Assembly (NCBI RefSeq): GCF_009914755.1
Contig: NC_060934.1
Reading direction: 5' to 3' (one strand)
DNA length: 64,000 nt
From: the human T2T-CHM13v2.0 reference genome, Homo sapiens
The notes beneath the pieces are model-generated. The model was not told the DNA's origin. It was given only the letters and a program-made list of their open reading frames with translations, and did not search any database. This document shows, in pieces, positions 32,001-49,838 of the stretch (position 1 is its first letter; the number at the start of each line of letters is the position of its first letter). The translations under genes were made by a program, and so were the position numbers.

Positions 32001-32677
32001 AAACCCCTTACAAATTTTGCCAAAGAGCAGATTAGTGCCTTAGGAAAACCTTGTTATGCTTTTATTTCAATGCTCAATTTACAGAAAAACCATATAATAC
32101 CCTTTTTTGAATGTAGTCAATATGCTCACACAGAAAACCTCTTTTGCTAGATAATTTTTGCAGTTTTTCCACCACTTCTTTGAACCTTCAGCTTTTTCCT
32201 ATTTTAACTCAAAACAATCCTTTAACCCTAGGCAAAAGTTTACATTTCCATGCCTTCTCATAACCTTTTACTAAAAAACACATTTTAATGTTCTTACACA
32301 CCTTGCATGTAAATCAATTTCTAGTAGTTTCAATTAAATCCTAGCAATTTTTAACTTTAAGACAAAATTTAGTAAGTTGCTTTAATTGTATGCTAACTGC
32401 AGCCAAGTTTTGCCTTCTTAGTTAAGGCGGTGGTTAGTTCCATGTGTCCCCAAGCCTTACCAATTGTGAAGCCAGCAAGTCAAATTGTTCTCAAAACCCA
32501 AAATGCAGTTTGTAACCTCCAAACACTTAGCAAACCTTTCATCTCACCTGCATTTTACCAGTAGTCTTTAGGGATGTTCATATTTCTTAAAGATTAAAGT
32601 TACGTGAACTGAAATGTAACACAGATTTTTATCTTCCCTTTAAAAAATATTAGATCCAAGTGCTTGTCTTACTTTAG

Positions 32678-33024
<347 letters not shown>

Positions 33025-33119
33025 TAGAGCTCTTTTTACAGACATCACACACAGTACACACACAGACAGGCAGAAGAAAACCCAGTCGATGGGTGGGGCC
33101 CTTTAAGAGACAAGGCTAG

Positions 33120-33437
33120 GGCCGGGCACGGTGGCTCATGCCTGTAATCCCAGCACTTTGGGAGGCGGAGGCGCGCAGATCACGAGGTCAGGAGATCGAG
33201 ACCATCCTGGCTAACACGGTGTGAAACCCCATCTCTTTTAAAACATACAAAAAATTCGCTGGTCCTGGTGTCGGGCGCCTGTAGACCCAACTACTCAGGA
33301 GGCTGAGGCAGGAGAATGGCGTGAACCCGGGAGGCGGAGCTTGCAGTGAGCCGAGATCATGCCAGTGCACTCTAGCCTGGGCAACAGAGAGAGACTCCGT
33401 CTCAAAAGAATATAAAAAAAAAAAAAAAAAAAAAAAG
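33120..33437 (+). mobile_element. AluY
   Basis: TSD aagagaca(a/g)ggctag. Confidence 0.96.
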
Positions 33438-33630
33438 AAGAGACAGGGCTAGGAAAACTTGCAGACATCGAATTTGAGAGGGGCATCCCCTCAGGAGGGA
33501 TTGCTAAACAAAGCCTTGCCAAGCAGTTACCAGCCATGCCCTCAGGATGGAAAACAAGATGGAGACTTGATTTCACAATCAAAACTGAGAGAATACAGTG
33601 ATAGTTTGGGGTGGTGGTAGGGGGCGTCTA

Positions 33631-34380
<750 letters not shown>

Positions 34381-34761
34381 GAAGAACATCTTATTCTTAT
34401 GCAAGTGGTTCCTCCACCAGGGAAACAAGTTTAAACTTAATTACTGTCCATCCGATAGAGTTAAACCCCTTGGCCAGGGAAGGGGAAGGCTGGGGGAGCC
34501 TCACGGGGCTGGGAACCGGCCAGCGGGCTGTGCAGGACTCTTGGGCCATGCATCCCAGCACAAGGAGGGATGGGGGAGCAGAGGGAGCTGCTGCTCACTG
34601 GTGAGTCCCGAAAAAGAAAATGCCACGAAAAGGCCTGAAAAGGCCCAGGAGCTATGAGGGGTAGGGGCATGGTTTCTCCCACCCTCAGAAGTCCGAGGAT
34701 GAAAAGTCTTAGAAGCAACAGTGAGAGGTTTTGAGTCCCCATGTGACTCACCGCTTCTCCA

Positions 34762-34778
34762 GCCCATGTTGCATGCCA
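34762..34778 (-). promoter_or_regulatory. Retroviral primer-binding site (tRNA-Lys-like, decayed)
   Basis: Minus strand TGGCATGCAACATGGGC vs Lys1,2 PBS TGGCGCCCAACGTGGGGC; next to the LTR end and followed by a GGTGAGT donor. Confidence 0.6.
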
Positions 34779-34782
34779 AAAA

Positions 34783-34847
34783 CGTCGCAGGGCTTTTCAG
34801 TGGGCAAGCTGGTTGGAGTTTCTCCAGGGATCCCCTCCCACCTGGCT
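34783..34847 (-). mobile_element. Internally deleted 5' LTR remnant (MER61)
   Basis: Both termini of the 28730-29065 LTR are fused together. Confidence 0.8.
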
Positions 34848-35963
34848 TAATTGTTGATGATTTAGTAACTCGAATAAGGTCAGGCGTAGAAAATGGCAGA
34901 ACCAAATTTTAAACCCACATCCTCTGCCTTCAGGTCTGGATTACACTTGCTTATATAACATACTGCTTTCTTATTTTTATTTTTGGAGATATGAGTAAAG
35001 TTTGAAAATAAGATATCTAAGAAACCCCTAATTAGACATTCTTAAATGAGGATCATTCTGTGGCTTTTTTCCCCCCCTTTCTCTCTTTGGACTTTTATAA
35101 AATGTCAGAATCATCAGACATAGATACTTCCATAGCTTGTTAGATTAAGACGGTAGATGTTTTACTTTGAAAGGAAAATATACTCCTCAGCAGATAAGAC
35201 TTGACTTGCTCTTGGCTACCATTGCTAACCAAAAATCAACTTTAGACTTTGGTCTTCCCGTTGTGCTCAAAGTCCATTGCTGGCTGATTAGATTGATTTA
35301 ATGTATTTCAATTCAGGAAATATTTATTGGGCAACTACTGTGTGACAGATACTCCTTTAAGGAGCTTACAGACTAGGCATGATTTGCAAGTAAATTGGCA
35401 GCTACAAAGTAGCGTAATAAATCCCACTAAACTCCAGTGCTGTCAAGGTGAAAGCAAAGAAATAACAGCACGGCTTTGTGAAGATTTACTGGTCATTCCC
35501 ATTGTTGGTAAACTCTTGAACCAGGAAAAATCACTCCAGTGGATAAAACAGGTGTTTTGTCTCCAGGTGTTGGCATTATTTTTTTTTCTCTATAATTATA
35601 TATACTTTTTGGATTTTGTAAAGGAAGCCTATATTACTCTGACAATCTGAACAAAATGATAAAGTAACTAGAAAAAAGCAAAACAAACTGGAACACAATG
35701 ACCCCTGTCTTTGCCACATCATTATTACTTCAGAATAACTTTTCCCTGTCCCTTTTCACTGAGTCACATTGTGCCCAACAAGTTATTTGGGTGAATGGGA
35801 GCAGAGCAAGTGTAACAATAGGTTAGAACCCAGCATGAAAAGAATGAGGGGCCCAAACTCAACCTGTGATTATTTTTCTCATTTTTCTGTTGAGAGATAG
35901 GTATAGAAAACTGAGGCCTGATTATGATTGGGTCTACAGAATGAGAATTACCTCAACAACTGA

Positions 35964-36352
<389 letters not shown>

Positions 36353-38282
36353 TGGAGAGGTGATTTCTTGGCAATCAACCAAGTAAGATATGGTTGATTC
36401 AATAGCTGTGATGATGGATAAATGTGAATTCTGTATCATCAGGTTTGCTCTCCCCCCACCCCCAGAATATCTCTTTTTCCCATAGCATTTCCCAGTTCAC
36501 GCATTTTAATCAATTGCGTAACTGAATGAGAAAAAAGGTCAAATCCAACTTCCATCCTCTTGATGATGGGCTAGGAGATAGGATGAAGCCAGTGTGAAGC
36601 AAAGCGTTCTTTGAACTGCTCGCAAGCTGAAAGGGGTTTCAGAACAGGCCAGTTAGTCTCCTCAAGGACTGAGGAATCTTGGTCTTCCTGGAAGTCTTGA
36701 TACACAAACTGCAAATGCACAGTTTACAACAAGAGTAAATAAACACATGCTTTAGCCGTGTGGATTGTAGGCTTTTGAGGGAAAGGGCCTACTTGGTTTG
36801 ATTCTAATTTTCTGAAAAGTGTCACCTACATCTCAAACATGGTCAGAATAGCCTGTAATAATTTGTGGCATTGTGCTTAAGTGGTCTATTTTTGCATTTC
36901 CCCAGGAGAAGCTGTAAAGGATGTGTTTATGAGCTCCCTGCTTTGCCTGTGGCTATTACTATTGGATAAATCCTCTTGCCTCTGAAGAAACAATGGAAAA
37001 GTATTATAGTGTGCTATGCTGAAAGGACAATATCATGACTGTTTCAAAAAGGGCCTTTGCTTTTAGGATGCAGATGAATTGTGATAGTCGAGGCAGAAAG
37101 AGCCCTTATTTTTGTGTGCTCCATCTCTGGGAAAATGACATGCTGAAAAATACAATAAATACATTCTGATAGTTTTAGTGTTCTATATGAAAACAGAAGC
37201 TTTGTTGACTTTTTTAATGGAAAAGCAAAACTTATCGCACACTACAATTGATAGTGTCTGGTTAATATTTTCTGTTTACTTTTTACCCACACACAAACAC
37301 ACACACATCGTCTATATCCATAAAAAATAAATAGTTAAGGCCAAGAAATAAGGTATTTTTAAAGGAAGTTGAGCCAATGTTTGTGTGTGTGCCGTGAACA
37401 TATCTATATTTTTATCTAAATTTGTCCTGAACTTTGACTGGTTCAGTGGTATATTGGAAGGAGCATAGTTTTTTTTTTTTTCATCTTTTTTTTTTTTAAC
37501 CTTTTTCTACTGGAAGATTTTATTGCAGCAAAAGACAAAGGGACAAAATGGATAGTATCTTGATTGTCCTGTGAAGCAAAATGAAAGTTTCCAGGCAATG
37601 AGGTTGATGCATTGTTAAGCACACGTGATTGAAAGAGAAGTCTTGAGAATGTTCTCCGGCAGTTAGGGCACAAGATAACACACTCACATGTTAGATTAAT
37701 TCTCTAAGCTTTGATATTTCATAAAGGGGGATTTATTACAATATAAGCCTGGTTTCTTTTCTATGAAGTTTATGAATTTCCTGTGAGTCACAAAACAAGA
37801 GACCCTGAAGGCTATATCATAAGCAAATCCTAGCACTTGGCCAATAGAGAGAAGGCACAGATGTGAAGGCCGGGAATGAGAGAAGGGGATTAAAATAACA
37901 CATATCTGCTACAAAACAGGTTCTATCCGCTGTCAACACTGTAGTACCGTATTTGGGGATAAAAATAATACATGTGTGCTTATATTACTGTTTCTTAATA
38001 TCAAAACCTAGCAGTGATGGAGTCTGCAGATTATGGTTTCTTAAGCCTAGAATAACAGATGAAATGGAGGATTTGATATGTTTGACACACAGTCAAAACC
38101 TTCCACACCTCCATTCAGAACCAGGATAAGGCATTAGTCCAAATTAGACCACCTGGAAGGGTTCTGAAAAACCGTAAGGATTCATTTCCTCATGTGGCTT
38201 GCCTAAAACCACTGTTATTAAAATGTGTTAGAATATGTAAGAAATATTTCGATTTTTACAAACACGTATTGAAAATGATCTA

Positions 38283-38864
<582 letters not shown>

Positions 38865-40090
38865 CTTACCCTCTATATTCTTAAAAACACCTTATGATCC
38901 TTAACTACACAACGTAATCCAAAAGAAAAACAAAATGCCTATCTATAAAAATTGGATATTTTAATGTAAGTTTGATCTTTCTCCTTAAGCAGAGACTTAA
39001 TGTTTCATAGCTTTAGCAGAAAACGAAACCTTTCTTTACCACAGGTCCTCTAACTATATAATAGAAAAGTGTTATGGAAATTACCAAATATTTCCATATT
39101 TAAAATGTAATTCAATCAACATTTAAATACCAATGCAGACCAGGCACTTTGCTTGGTATTGGGGATCCAAAAACTAAGGGGAACAAGGGTTCATTGTCCC
39201 CTTTCAACAAACATAATTTGATAACAATGGAATGTTTTTACAATGGGAACATATGTAAACAATGGGCATGCAGGTGAAAAGTCAGTCATTTTAGGGCAAT
39301 ACCTAAAATATACCTGGCATAGTTCCCACCTAAATGTTCAACTAGCTTGCTGTCAGGAAGTTCCCCCTACCCATAATATAAATCCCTTAGTAACTGGGGA
39401 AAATACAGTAGTCATTTAACCACAACTATCATGGCTGAACATCCTCTCACTCGGGAGTCAGGAGTTATCAAAGGAACAGGAATAAAACAGTTGGCCGCCA
39501 TTGTTCCGTTCTACACGATTGCTACTTGCCTAGGCTCAGATCTATCAGATTCCTCTTTCTCAATGACTGTACATGCCAATATCTCTTAGGAGTTATTTTT
39601 CCTGAGACCACTGGGTCAGTGCTCTTGACAGAAGCCTCAAACTAGAGCACCCAACTCTATGAATGGGTTAATGGATCATTTGTAAGAATTAAAGGGGTTC
39701 TTCCATCTCTAGCTCTATGTTACTAGATCCCTCTCTTTCTTGCTATGAAAATCCTTTTCTGTTGACATTGTTGTTGATATTAACTTCTCCAGGTATCTCA
39801 CACCACTTTACACATCTAAGAAATTTTGTCAGTTTAGCCATCTTTCCCCATTTTATAAAGACATAAAGAGAGTCACTCTCACTAATTGAATATAAGCCAA
39901 AAAATGAATTTTGTAAATCCACATGGTATAAAGAAATATAATTTCAAGTAAGAAATATTGGAATATAAGATTTTGTGGGGGTTGGGCAGGGAGTTTTCTC
40001 TCTGTCAACTTTTTAAAATAAAAATGTGAAGAAATTAACAATTGGCTACATACATGCTACATATCAAACATATGAGTAACAACACTAGCT

Positions 40091-40426
<336 letters not shown>

Positions 40427-41230
40427 TTATTATTTTCAGTGATCTTCTAAAGAAAAGTGCAGAACAGACTATTGATTGGTCAGGCAGAAAGCTAGCTTAG
40501 GGAGGTATGGCTCTGCTGAGAGTAGCGGCTGTTAGGAAGCTCTGTTGAACTTCCCCCGCCCCGTGGTCTGGAGCTCCATGGTGTAGCCCAGTGCCTGATA
40601 CAGAGCCGACGCCAGTGTTTATTGAATTAATGAATGAAAGATGAATGCCTAAGAGCATAGTTTCCTTGTGGGGTCATCTGGAAACTCGGGTCACATCTAA
40701 CATTTAATATTTCATGTGATGGCAAGAATACAGTACACGAACAATCTAAGTTTGTATTTTTGTTTTGTTTGGGGAGGATAGTGAGATAAATTTCTGTTTG
40801 AAAATCTAAAATCCAGGAGCAGTTCTAAACAGATCTTTATTGATCTAAAAATTATTTAATGACTTGAGTAGTGCTGATATGCTATTTTAAAAGGGTGCAT
40901 TTACAAATAGTTTAAACTTAGCAGATTATTAGAGAATTAACAAGGGAAGTGACTTTATGGGAAACAAATGGCTAGAGGGGGGAAATGACTAATAGAGAGG
41001 GAAAGTGAAACTTTTCTCTTAAATGGGGAGGAATAAATAATTGAGAGGATGGGGGAAGTTAGGTATATAGAAACCTTCAAGATTTGGAAAGATATAACCA
41101 AAACGGTCCTGCCCTCTCTACTCAGTATAAAGATGGGGTTAGTTGGTTTGTCTCCTCTAGTTTGTGTGAGAAAGAGGAGAGGTAAGAGAGTCAGAGAGAA
41201 TAGGATAGTACTAGAAAGATAAAATATATT

Positions 41231-41516
<286 letters not shown>

Positions 41517-41706
41517 GAAAGATAAAATATATTTAACTTATCAGCACAAGTAGCCTGTTAGGTGAAATAGCCTGTCATCAGCGGTAAAAATGGGAAGAAA
41601 CTAACAGCTGTAAGAAAGTACACAATTTTTTTGATGCCAATCTGTTCTGAATTCACAACTTGACCACAGCTAGGAGGGACTTTATAGAAGTGAATTTTCT
41701 AATCGT

Positions 41707-41993
<287 letters not shown>

Positions 41994-43400
41994 CTGTCTA
42001 ATCAAGATTAGAGGTAAAGTCCATGATGTCTCCAGTTGTGAGAATGGCAGTTACTGGTAGTGAAGAAGGAAGTCAAGGCTCATCAAATATTGCTGTTATT
42101 TATTTGTGAAGGCAGAGTTTTCTATCGTGGTAGAGGGTTTGTGTATTGATATTGCAAGAACAAAGAATGAAGAATAGTGTTGACCTTGAACTTAATTGTA
42201 CCTCTCTGGGTAAAGCTTGGTAGTTTAGAGGCTGCAAAAGAGACTTCTTCCCACCACTTGGGAAGTGGCAACTCTTACTGGCAGATATAATTTTGAAAAG
42301 TTAATAAACTTCTTAAAGCCTGAATATATAATATAGAGATGATAATGTTATCAATTAACGAATACACTGAAAAACTCATTAAGAGAGTATCAGGTAGCGT
42401 AATGAAACATGAATTCAGTCTGAAACCCAGTTTTAAATTATTGGGATAGCTAATGTAATCATGCCATCAGGCACTTATGGTCACCTTAATTCCCTCACCT
42501 TAGACGATTATTTAAAGATTGTGATACCCAGAGCCTGGCACGGTGCCTGACATTGGAAGGTACCCTATAAATATTTATTTGATAAATAAATGAATAGTTC
42601 ATTCATGAAGAGTTCCTATTTATCTATCATCTATATCTATAATTGTTCATCTATTTGTCACAATGTCTATGTACTCTAAAGGAATTTATAATCTAAGTAA
42701 GGGAGCCCGCCTAGTAAGTATAATGCAAGTTCTTAAATCGTAAGTACTACAATAGTACAAGGAAGAAAGGGCTTGATGAGCACGCAAGGGAAAGAATTCA
42801 TTTTGTTATGGTCATCCTGAGTGCTTTATGATGGAAATCACATTTGACCCTGTAGTTAGAGGAAGGGAAGACTGGGGAGAAGAGCAGTCCAGGTGTGAAC
42901 AAATGCAGGGCGCAGGGGAAAGGAAAGGATGGGTGGGGGATAGAAGAACACACGACAAAGCTAAAGTATAGATGGCAGGGGCTGATAACCAGGAGACAGG
43001 CTGGAAGAGAAAGTGGGAGTGAGACAGTGGAGGGCTCTGATTCTCCTGGTCTCCCTTTCTTCAAGGATCTCTTGCCTTTAGTGCAGTGATCCTAGCACTC
43101 TTCAATTATGTACCCCATAAGTCAACATTTCTAGGATAGAACCTCAATGTATAAATACTAATGTTTAAATCATATATTAATATACACTACTATTTATGTA
43201 TGATCTGCATTGTCTAGAAAAGCCAAGGGAAGCTTTTCTGTAATAATATTTTCATGAATACGAACTGAAATCTATTAAAAATAAAACAGCATTCCTTTTG
43301 GTTTGGGCTTTCCAATACGTTTTCTGTAGGAGTTTATCCTAAAGAAGCCACTTTTGAAATGGGCAGAGTGACTTATGAACCTGTTGAAAAAATACTTCTT

Positions 43401-43730
<330 letters not shown>

Positions 43731-43744
43731 CTACCCTTTCCCAG

Positions 43745-44010
43745 AAAATATGCTGGTCACTGGGGATGTGGTAGGAGGCAACAACAGACACACTCCTGCA
43801 CTCATGAAGCTCACAGCTTAGTAGAAGCCTCAGAGAGCCTCAAATAATCAAGCAAATACACATAAAATTAGAGTTGGATCAGGCTGCAGCGGAAGGATTC
43901 GCATGCAGCGCTATGAGAACACGTAGTAGGGAAGTAAACCTAAGTTAGGGGGTCAGGGAAGAAATCTTGAGGAAAAGACGAATGAGCAGAGATCTCAAGA
44001 CTAAGTGGGA
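43745..44010 (-). mobile_element. L2 3' fragment
   Basis: cctgcactcatgaagctcacagctt...ggggtcagggaag. Confidence 0.65.
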
Positions 44011-44385
44011 GCAAGAATTGCTCATGATAAAGTGCCACATTGTTGATGATAAACAGAAGTGTTACAACCTAATGTGATCATATAGCCATTCAGTGGAATG
44101 CCACCCAGCTATTATCATGATGGAGGTACTACCTTGGAAGCAAGTCCAACATGCATTGCTAAATGGTATAGCATTGTATTTTATATGATTCCATGTACAT
44201 TAAAAATGTTCCATATGCATAGAAAAATGTTGGATGCACACACACATGTATATCCATTAGCATATATATTGATTGTTTGCAATGGGGGCTATGGTAGATT
44301 TTCACTTTCTACTTTAAGTATTTCTGCAATGTTTGAATTTTGTACAACTCTGTTATGTTTATAGTCATAAAAATAATAAAAGTAG

Positions 44386-44682
44386 TTTTTTTTTGAGACA
44401 AGGTCTCACTCTGTCACCCAGGCTGGAGTGCAGTGGTGCAATCATGGCTCACTGCAGCTTTGACCACCCCGGGCTCAGATGATCCTCCTGAGTAGATGAG
44501 ACTATAGGTGCACTAGGTGCACACCACCATGCCCAGCTAGTTTTTTTTGTTTTGTTTTGTTTTTGGCAGACACAGGTTTCACCATGTTGCCTGGGCTGGT
44601 CTTGAACACCTGGGCTCAAGCCATCCACCCACCTCAGCCTCCCAAAGTGCTGGGACTACAGGCATGAGCCACCGTGCCCGCC
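44386..44682 (-). mobile_element. Alu (AluJ-like)
   Basis: Antisense dimer; TSD about taataaaagt. Confidence 0.92.
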
Positions 44683-45157
44683 TAATAAAAGTTATTTTTA
44701 AAACTATGGTCTACAGCTTACAATTGGCATGGGGAATGAAGTACCCACACACATATGCACACATAATACATTATGTGTTTCAAGTATGGATAATTCTGAT
44801 GTTGGAGTATGTAGTCACCTCAAATGATATTTCAAAATATGCATTAAACCATGTGTTTTGAGACTATTTAGCATCATCATTATTAGTGAGTCTGAACTGA
44901 TAAAACAAAAACCGCCTCTGATGGCACTAAATTTCAACTAAGTCTGGCTGGGAAGGGAGAGATTAGATTATTTCTTGAGATCTCCATCTTTTTCACCAGT
45001 TTCCTAAGGACTGTAGTTCATATGGCAAGACATTTTGTTAAAGGGATTGAAAACCTTCTGTAGGTCCAGTGAGCCATGGGCCTTAGAAACTTACCAGGCT
45101 CTCATCCTTCAACATTGCCGAGAGTTTGTTAAAACTACCATAGAGAATTGCTGGGCC

Positions 45158-45335
45158 CAGTGGGTCTCAAACTTTCATGTGTATAGGAATCACTGGGAAA
45201 CCTGTAAAATAATGGATTCCCAGGCTCCACTTTGGATCTGCTGAATAAGAATTTTGGAGGAAGGCTCGGGATCTGCATTTTAACAAGGTCGTTGGTGATT
45301 CTGAGCAAAGGAGCCCTGGACCCCATGTTAGGAAA
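45158..45335. mobile_element. MER5A (hAT-Charlie MITE)
   Basis: cagtgggtctcaaactt...ggaatcactggga...atctgcattttaacaagg...ggtgattctg. Confidence 0.75.
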
Positions 45336-45973
45336 CATAATCCCCTTTGAATCCAACCAATCAACCTCTGCCTTGACAAAGAGGGTGTTGCTGGTTTGAG
45401 ACGAAGAAAATCCAAGAACAAGAAATCCTCTAGTAGAAATTTCCTTCCTAACGGATTTTGATGAGTAAATAAAAGGAGAATCTGAATCCTTTTGGCAGAA
45501 ATGCTTTTCCTCTTTCCTTTTTCTCAGATTTTACAAAAGGCATCTCAATAATAGCGGTTTTAACTCCTCATCCACTTTCTTAGTGAACATTGGCTTATTA
45601 ATTTAAAACAGTTCCTTTGTCATTGGATATAGTTAGCACCCTTCGTGTTCTTAGGACAGTTGTGTGATTATGTCACAGGGAACCCATTTTAATGGTGGGG
45701 TGTGGTGTGGAGGGGAAGTCCTGTCGGTAAAGAGAGAGCACTGTACTTTCCTGATCTTACACTGAAAATTATCAATGGTATAGTCACAACAGTGACCAAT
45801 TTATAGAGGAGACCACTGCAGCCCTGTTATTATACCTATTTTTATCATTTAAATATTACCTAATATTTTTAAAAAATTCATATTTTTTAGTTTAAGAAAG
45901 AGTACATTACTTTTGTGACATTAAAATTAGTGAATTTATTTAAAAATGAATTAGATAACTGCATATGTAATAG

Positions 45974-46489
<516 letters not shown>

Positions 46490-46639
46490 TAAAATGAGCA
46501 GGTTTGAAGATGGAATAATGTAAATGATTACGTTTTTCCTCCCCTCCAAATAATTATTTCTAATCCCGAGTAAATCTCCAATAAATATTTTAAAATAGCA
46601 TTGCTTATTTGCCCTGATCCCAAAAGAAGTATGTATTCA

Positions 46640-46861
<222 letters not shown>

Positions 46862-47397
46862 TCAGAAAAGTATAGAAAATAAAATTATTTACCATTATTA
46901 ACGGTAATTAACAGTTAATTATTTTAATTTTATTTTCACTATCTAGAAACTATCTCACTATCTAGAAACTACACTATTTGGAAACTACAGTTAATGATTT
47001 AGTGCATTTCCTTTCAATTTTCATATTACTATACATGAAATTATATTTTATATCATAAAATTTATACAATTATGTTTTTTTAAATAGTCAATTCAATACC
47101 AAGAACATTTTACCAAGCCATTAAATATTCTTTGAGAATGAACTTTAAAATTGGGTCTCCAGTTTCCCACCATCTGGGGCTACCATAGTTTAAGTAACTC
47201 TTCCCCTATAGTTGGACTTCTCAGTAGCTTCCACATTTTTTCTAATAAAAATAGGATTAAAAATATTTTATTGGCTGCCCTCAGAGTTCTGTTTAGAGAG
47301 GAAATTATCTTTGTTCAGGAAACTTGCATGATGAACTGCTTTCATTGGTCAAGGAACTTTCAGAAAATGAATATCAAGTCCAATTTGAAGGTGTTTG

Positions 47398-47491
47398 TAT
47401 TGTTGCGATTTAAAACACTCTCTCCTACCTCAACCCAACATAATGAGCTGCACTCCTTTGCTTTGTGTGAGAGGTTTGAGGGAGAATCAAG
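47398..47491 (+). repeat. 94-bp direct repeat, copy 1
   Basis: 87/94 identical to 48692-48785 by manual alignment. Confidence 0.95.
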
Positions 47492-47933
47492 GAAAGGGTT
47501 TGAGTTATACGGGAGTCATGCATGAGATCGAATGTCTAGAGGTGAGCAGAAGTGACAGTGAAGTGTTAAGTGCCCAGGAATTTGCAGAAATATCAGAAAA
47601 GGGCGCTGTGCTTCCCTAAGGACATAGAACTAAAGGCTCAGGCCAATTTTATTTTAATTTTAAAAGGTCAAGATGACCTCAGCTGACATCTATGAAAGAA
47701 ATAACACTGACAAAAGAGCACAAAGTTGGATTTTGTTGTTTTGATCCATTGGAGTGTCTTTGTCTTCTCACAGAGGAGATTTGAACACATACATGTATGT
47801 TATCTCGTGTCATGCTTTCGGTTAAAAAATACTCTTCATGCTCTTAGAATTTTATTTTTTATTTTTTACTTTAGTTATAATGACTATGTTGACTTTGCTC
47901 TTTACACCCTCCAGTGATTTGGAAGTCACATAT

Positions 47934-48355
47934 TGTCATAGGTCAGGATCCCCAAGAAACAACCGGAGATCTGCACGTGGAGGTTTGCTGGAAAGTGTAC
48001 TCCAGCGGCAGCATTTATAAGGAGGTGAGGGATGTAGGATTGAGCTGAGAGAGAAGTTGCCTCAGCTAAACTTATATGGAGCTCTGAGATTGAGATGGCC
48101 CTTCCAGAATGTTCCAAACTGAGGTGTGGGGGTGGAGGGGGTCGAGGGGCAGCTAGGTATATAATATTTATATTCCTGCATTGGCCAGGCATGGATGTGG
48201 GCTGTGCTTGGAGAGGGATCATGTTTTAGGAGCAAGAAAGCTCCTCCAATTGCAGACAAGTCCTGGGGAGGGACTCAGCTGTGAGCCTTCAGCAGGCAGC
48301 ACTCCCAGCAGCTGGAGGAATAAATGCCTCCCTTCTGAAGATGGGATCTGAGCTT
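47934..48355 (-). mobile_element. ERVL LTR (LTR16/LTR33-like)
   Basis: tgtcataggtcaggatcccc...gagggactcagctgtgagcc...cactcccagcagctgg. Confidence 0.65.
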
Positions 48356-48691
48356 ATTATGTTTCCATTAACACTTAAAGTAGAAGTGTTAGTAGAGTCA
48401 AAAATACCCAGACTTCTTTTCTCTCATTTTATTGTCAATAATTACATTATATTTTAACGTAAAGGATCATTGACTTGCTCTTGGGTCAAATGAAAAATGT
48501 AACAGGGTTTTATTCCTTTACTTCCCAGTTTGGGTTAATATAATCTGGCATTTTAGACTGACATAGTTAACAACACCATGTGGTTGTGTAGAAGCATTAT
48601 TTTCCTTGTCTTTAAGAATGATGTTTGTCATTAATGTTGCATTTTATAACCATTCCAACATCTATATAGAGTATAGAGTTATCTCTGTCTC

Positions 48692-48785
48692 TATTGTTGC
48701 GATTTAGAACAATCTCTCCCACCTCAACCCAATACAAAGAGCTGCACTCCTTTGCTTTGTGTGAGAGGTGTGAGGGAGAATCAAG
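48692..48785 (+). repeat. 94-bp direct repeat, copy 2 (hairpin-forming)
   Basis: See copy 1; arms within 48713-48777 pair. Confidence 0.95.
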
Positions 48786-49532
48786 TCATAAGACTTAAAT
48801 ATGAATTTTCTCCACTATCTTGATATGAATGAATAAATGAATGAATTAACGCATGCATGCATGAATGAACAAAAAATGAAAGCCCCAGAGCTGAGGAGAA
48901 TCACACCTACTTTGCTGTTAGCCCATAAGCCAACATTCGCAAACTTGCATTGATACTGCAAAGCCCATATTTTAAAAATCTGACTGTGAAAAGTTGCATT
49001 TTGCACTGATTTTTTCCCTTTTTGGTCTCACAGGAAGGTGACTTAGAATTCTAGCTAACGATATTAAAAACCACTTTCCAGTTCTTCCAAGCAGTGAGGG
49101 ACATGGCAGCAACAAGCAAGAAACCAGAATCACATTCACTTTGATCCATCCACCCACCACATTCACTAGATTGAATCCTTCCACCAACTTTGAATGCACC
49201 TTGATCCTTAGAAATGCATTGGAAATATGCCACAGCGTGATTCTCAGCACAGATCATGCAAGATTATGAGGCTAAAGCTATGAGATCAACTCCAGAAACC
49301 AAAGGTTGAAACCCAAAGTCTGCACCCCTGTCATTACCTCTTGCATGACATGACCTTTTTAACAAATCTCTGAATCTGTTGTCACATCCATTCTGTCATT
49401 CAGTCAAGTAAGGAGTGCTGGGAGGAGAGGACAGACTCTAGGTGGAGTCAAAAAAAAAAAAAAAAAAAAGAGTCAAAAGTATTATTCAGAACATACAAAC
49501 TAGAGAGTTTGCATGCCACCTTCTGTTAATGA

Positions 49533-49838
<306 letters not shown>

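Noticed and set aside
34467-34513. G-quadruplex-like G-runs
   Set aside because: Part of the GC-rich ERV leader with irregular loops; nothing locus-specific.
47398-48785. Reading the 94-bp repeats as LTRs of a mini-retroelement or as a CRISPR-like unit
   Set aside because: No PBS, PPT or flanking TSD is visible. There are only two copies, and the interior is ordinary DNA with an unrelated old LTR.
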